From the NCBI GenBank assembly GCA_905178155.1, contig CAJINV010000004.1, positions 8,988,417 through 9,052,416 of the forward strand: a DNA stretch of 64,000 nucleotides. Direction: 5' to 3'. Below are positions 62,857-64,000 of the stretch, in pieces; position 1 is the stretch's first letter; each line of letters starts with the position of its first letter. The notes beneath the pieces were generated by a model. That model made no database searches, was not told the DNA's origin, and saw nothing but the letters and a program-made list of their open reading frames with translations. This DNA comes from Amoebophrya sp. A120 (taxonomy: Eukaryota > Protista > Dinoflagellata). The translations under genes and the position numbers were made by a program.

Positions 62857-63177
62857 ATGTCGTACGGTATTCGCGAGCGGGACCCAGTCCCGCAGTTCCG
62901 GAACAACATTTCCTACTTTTCGATGAAATTTGAAGCCCCGAAAAACGACGTCTGCGTGGGTTCCGCGTACGGCTCGGGGACCTGGTATCCCGATTTCGGG
63001 GGGTTTCCGGGGGCCCCGGAGCAAAATCGATGGATCACACCGGCAGAATCGTGGTTTGAACACAACTGTTTGAAGCACAAAAGGGAGCTGAAACGAAGAG
63101 CGACAATAGCCGCAATTCAGTACGCCAAGCCTACGAGGAAAAGTGAGGCGAGTCAGACAGAGTATTTGATAAAGTAA
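62857..63177 (+). CDS. Hypothetical protein, 106 aa
   Basis: MSYGIRERDPVPQF...TEYLIK*; GC-rich coding-like composition; family not recognised. Confidence 0.55.
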   Translation: MSYGIRERDPVPQFRNNISYFSMKFEAPKNDVCVGSAYGSGTWYPDFGGFPGAPEQNRWITPAESWFEHNCLKHKRELKRRATIAAIQYAKPTRKSEASQTEYLIK

Positions 63178-63294
63178 ATGCTTGCTTTTTGCTATTCGTC
63201 GAACAAGGAACAAATCTTTCTTCGTTTAATTACAAGTTAGCAGGTTATGTCGCCACAGTGTGTCGATCAACGAGAATCAGGAAAGCGGTAGCCC

Positions 63295-64000
63295 GAGAAG
63301 CCGAGAGGCCGAAAGGCTGAATAACGACCGACAGGCCAAGGGGCCGAAAGGCAGAGAAGGGGCCGAAAGGCCGAGAAGGGGCCGAAAGGCCGAGAAGGGG
63401 CCGAAAGGCCGAGAAAGGGCCGAAAGGCCGAGAAGGGGGCGAAAGGCCGAGAAGGGGCCGAAAGGCCGAGAAGCCTCTCTTTCTCCGATTTCCTTTTTCT
63501 CGGTTTCTCTTTCTCGGTTATCCTTTCCTCGGCTTCCCTTTTTTCGGTTTCGCTTTCTCGGCTTCTCTTTCTTGGTTTCTCTTGTCGCGGTTTCTCTTTC
63601 TCCGATTTCTTTTTTCTCGGTTTCTCTTTCGTCGGTTCGGTTTCTCTCGCCCTGGTTTCTCTTTTCCCGGTTGCCCTTTCGCCGGTTTCTCTTTTCGCGA
63701 TTTCCCTTTTCCCGGTTTCTCTTCTCCCATTCCCGGTTTTCCTTTTCCCGGTTTCTCTTTTCTCGGTTTCGTTTTTCTTTTCCCGGCTTTTGTTTGCATT
63801 TCCCGTCTTCTCTTTTCTCGGCCTCTCGGCTCCTCGGCCTTTCGGCTCCTCGGCCTTTCGGCTCCTCGGCCTTTCGGCTCCTCGGCCTTTCGGCTCCTCG
63901 GCCTCTCGGCTCCTCGGCCTTTCGGCTCCTCGGCCTTTCGGCTCCTCGGCCTTTCGGCTCCTCGGCCTTTCGGCTCCTCGGCCTTTCGGCTCCTCGGCCT
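63295..64000. repeat. Composite satellite: 19-bp array, 15-bp pyrimidine-rich array, 16-bp array running off the window
   Basis: (GGCCGAAAGGCCGAGAAGG)n ~63341-63473; (TTTTCTCGGTTTCYC)n-like ~63474-63800; (CGGCTCCTCGGCCTTT)n ~63815-64000. Confidence 0.9.

Noticed and set aside
63301-63473. Hammerhead ribozyme (GGCCGAAAGGCC resembles stem II)
   Set aside because: The CTGANGA and GAAAC core and stems I/III are absent.
63518-63799. K/R-rich minus-strand ORF
   Set aside because: Translation of the 15-bp satellite; no independent coding evidence.

Overview
Eukaryotic, gene-dense window with every gene on the + strand. Organisation and intron style resemble the parasitic dinoflagellate Amoebophrya (Syndiniales); this assignment is an inference. 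The dominant feature is 48 short TIR elements (about 150-320 bp, 11 TIR families that I label A-K) with TAT...ATA ends and a variable 5-bp direct repeat. 47 interrupt coding exons and one is nested in another. Removing each element plus one repeat copy restores the reading frame every time, without GT-AG signals and in either orientation, so they behave as non-canonical introner introns. Excising them by hand gives: (1) a tandem cluster of about 6 divergent paralogues with RRM-like, RS-rich and SAP-like segments (1-19.5 kb); (2) a ~2070-aa secreted protein fusing GT34-like, GT8-like and GT32-like glycosyltransferase domains; (3) a 223-aa membrane protein; (4) a coiled-coil protein; (5) a ~3080-aa low-complexity protein; (6) a ~1110-aa membrane + LRR protein. 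The window also holds a DIRS/Crypton-type tyrosine recombinase ORF, a TTAA-flanked piggyBac-like element nested in an introner, a small orphan ORF and a terminal inverted satellite. No rRNA, tRNA or CRISPR array was seen. All coordinates and joins were read by eye.
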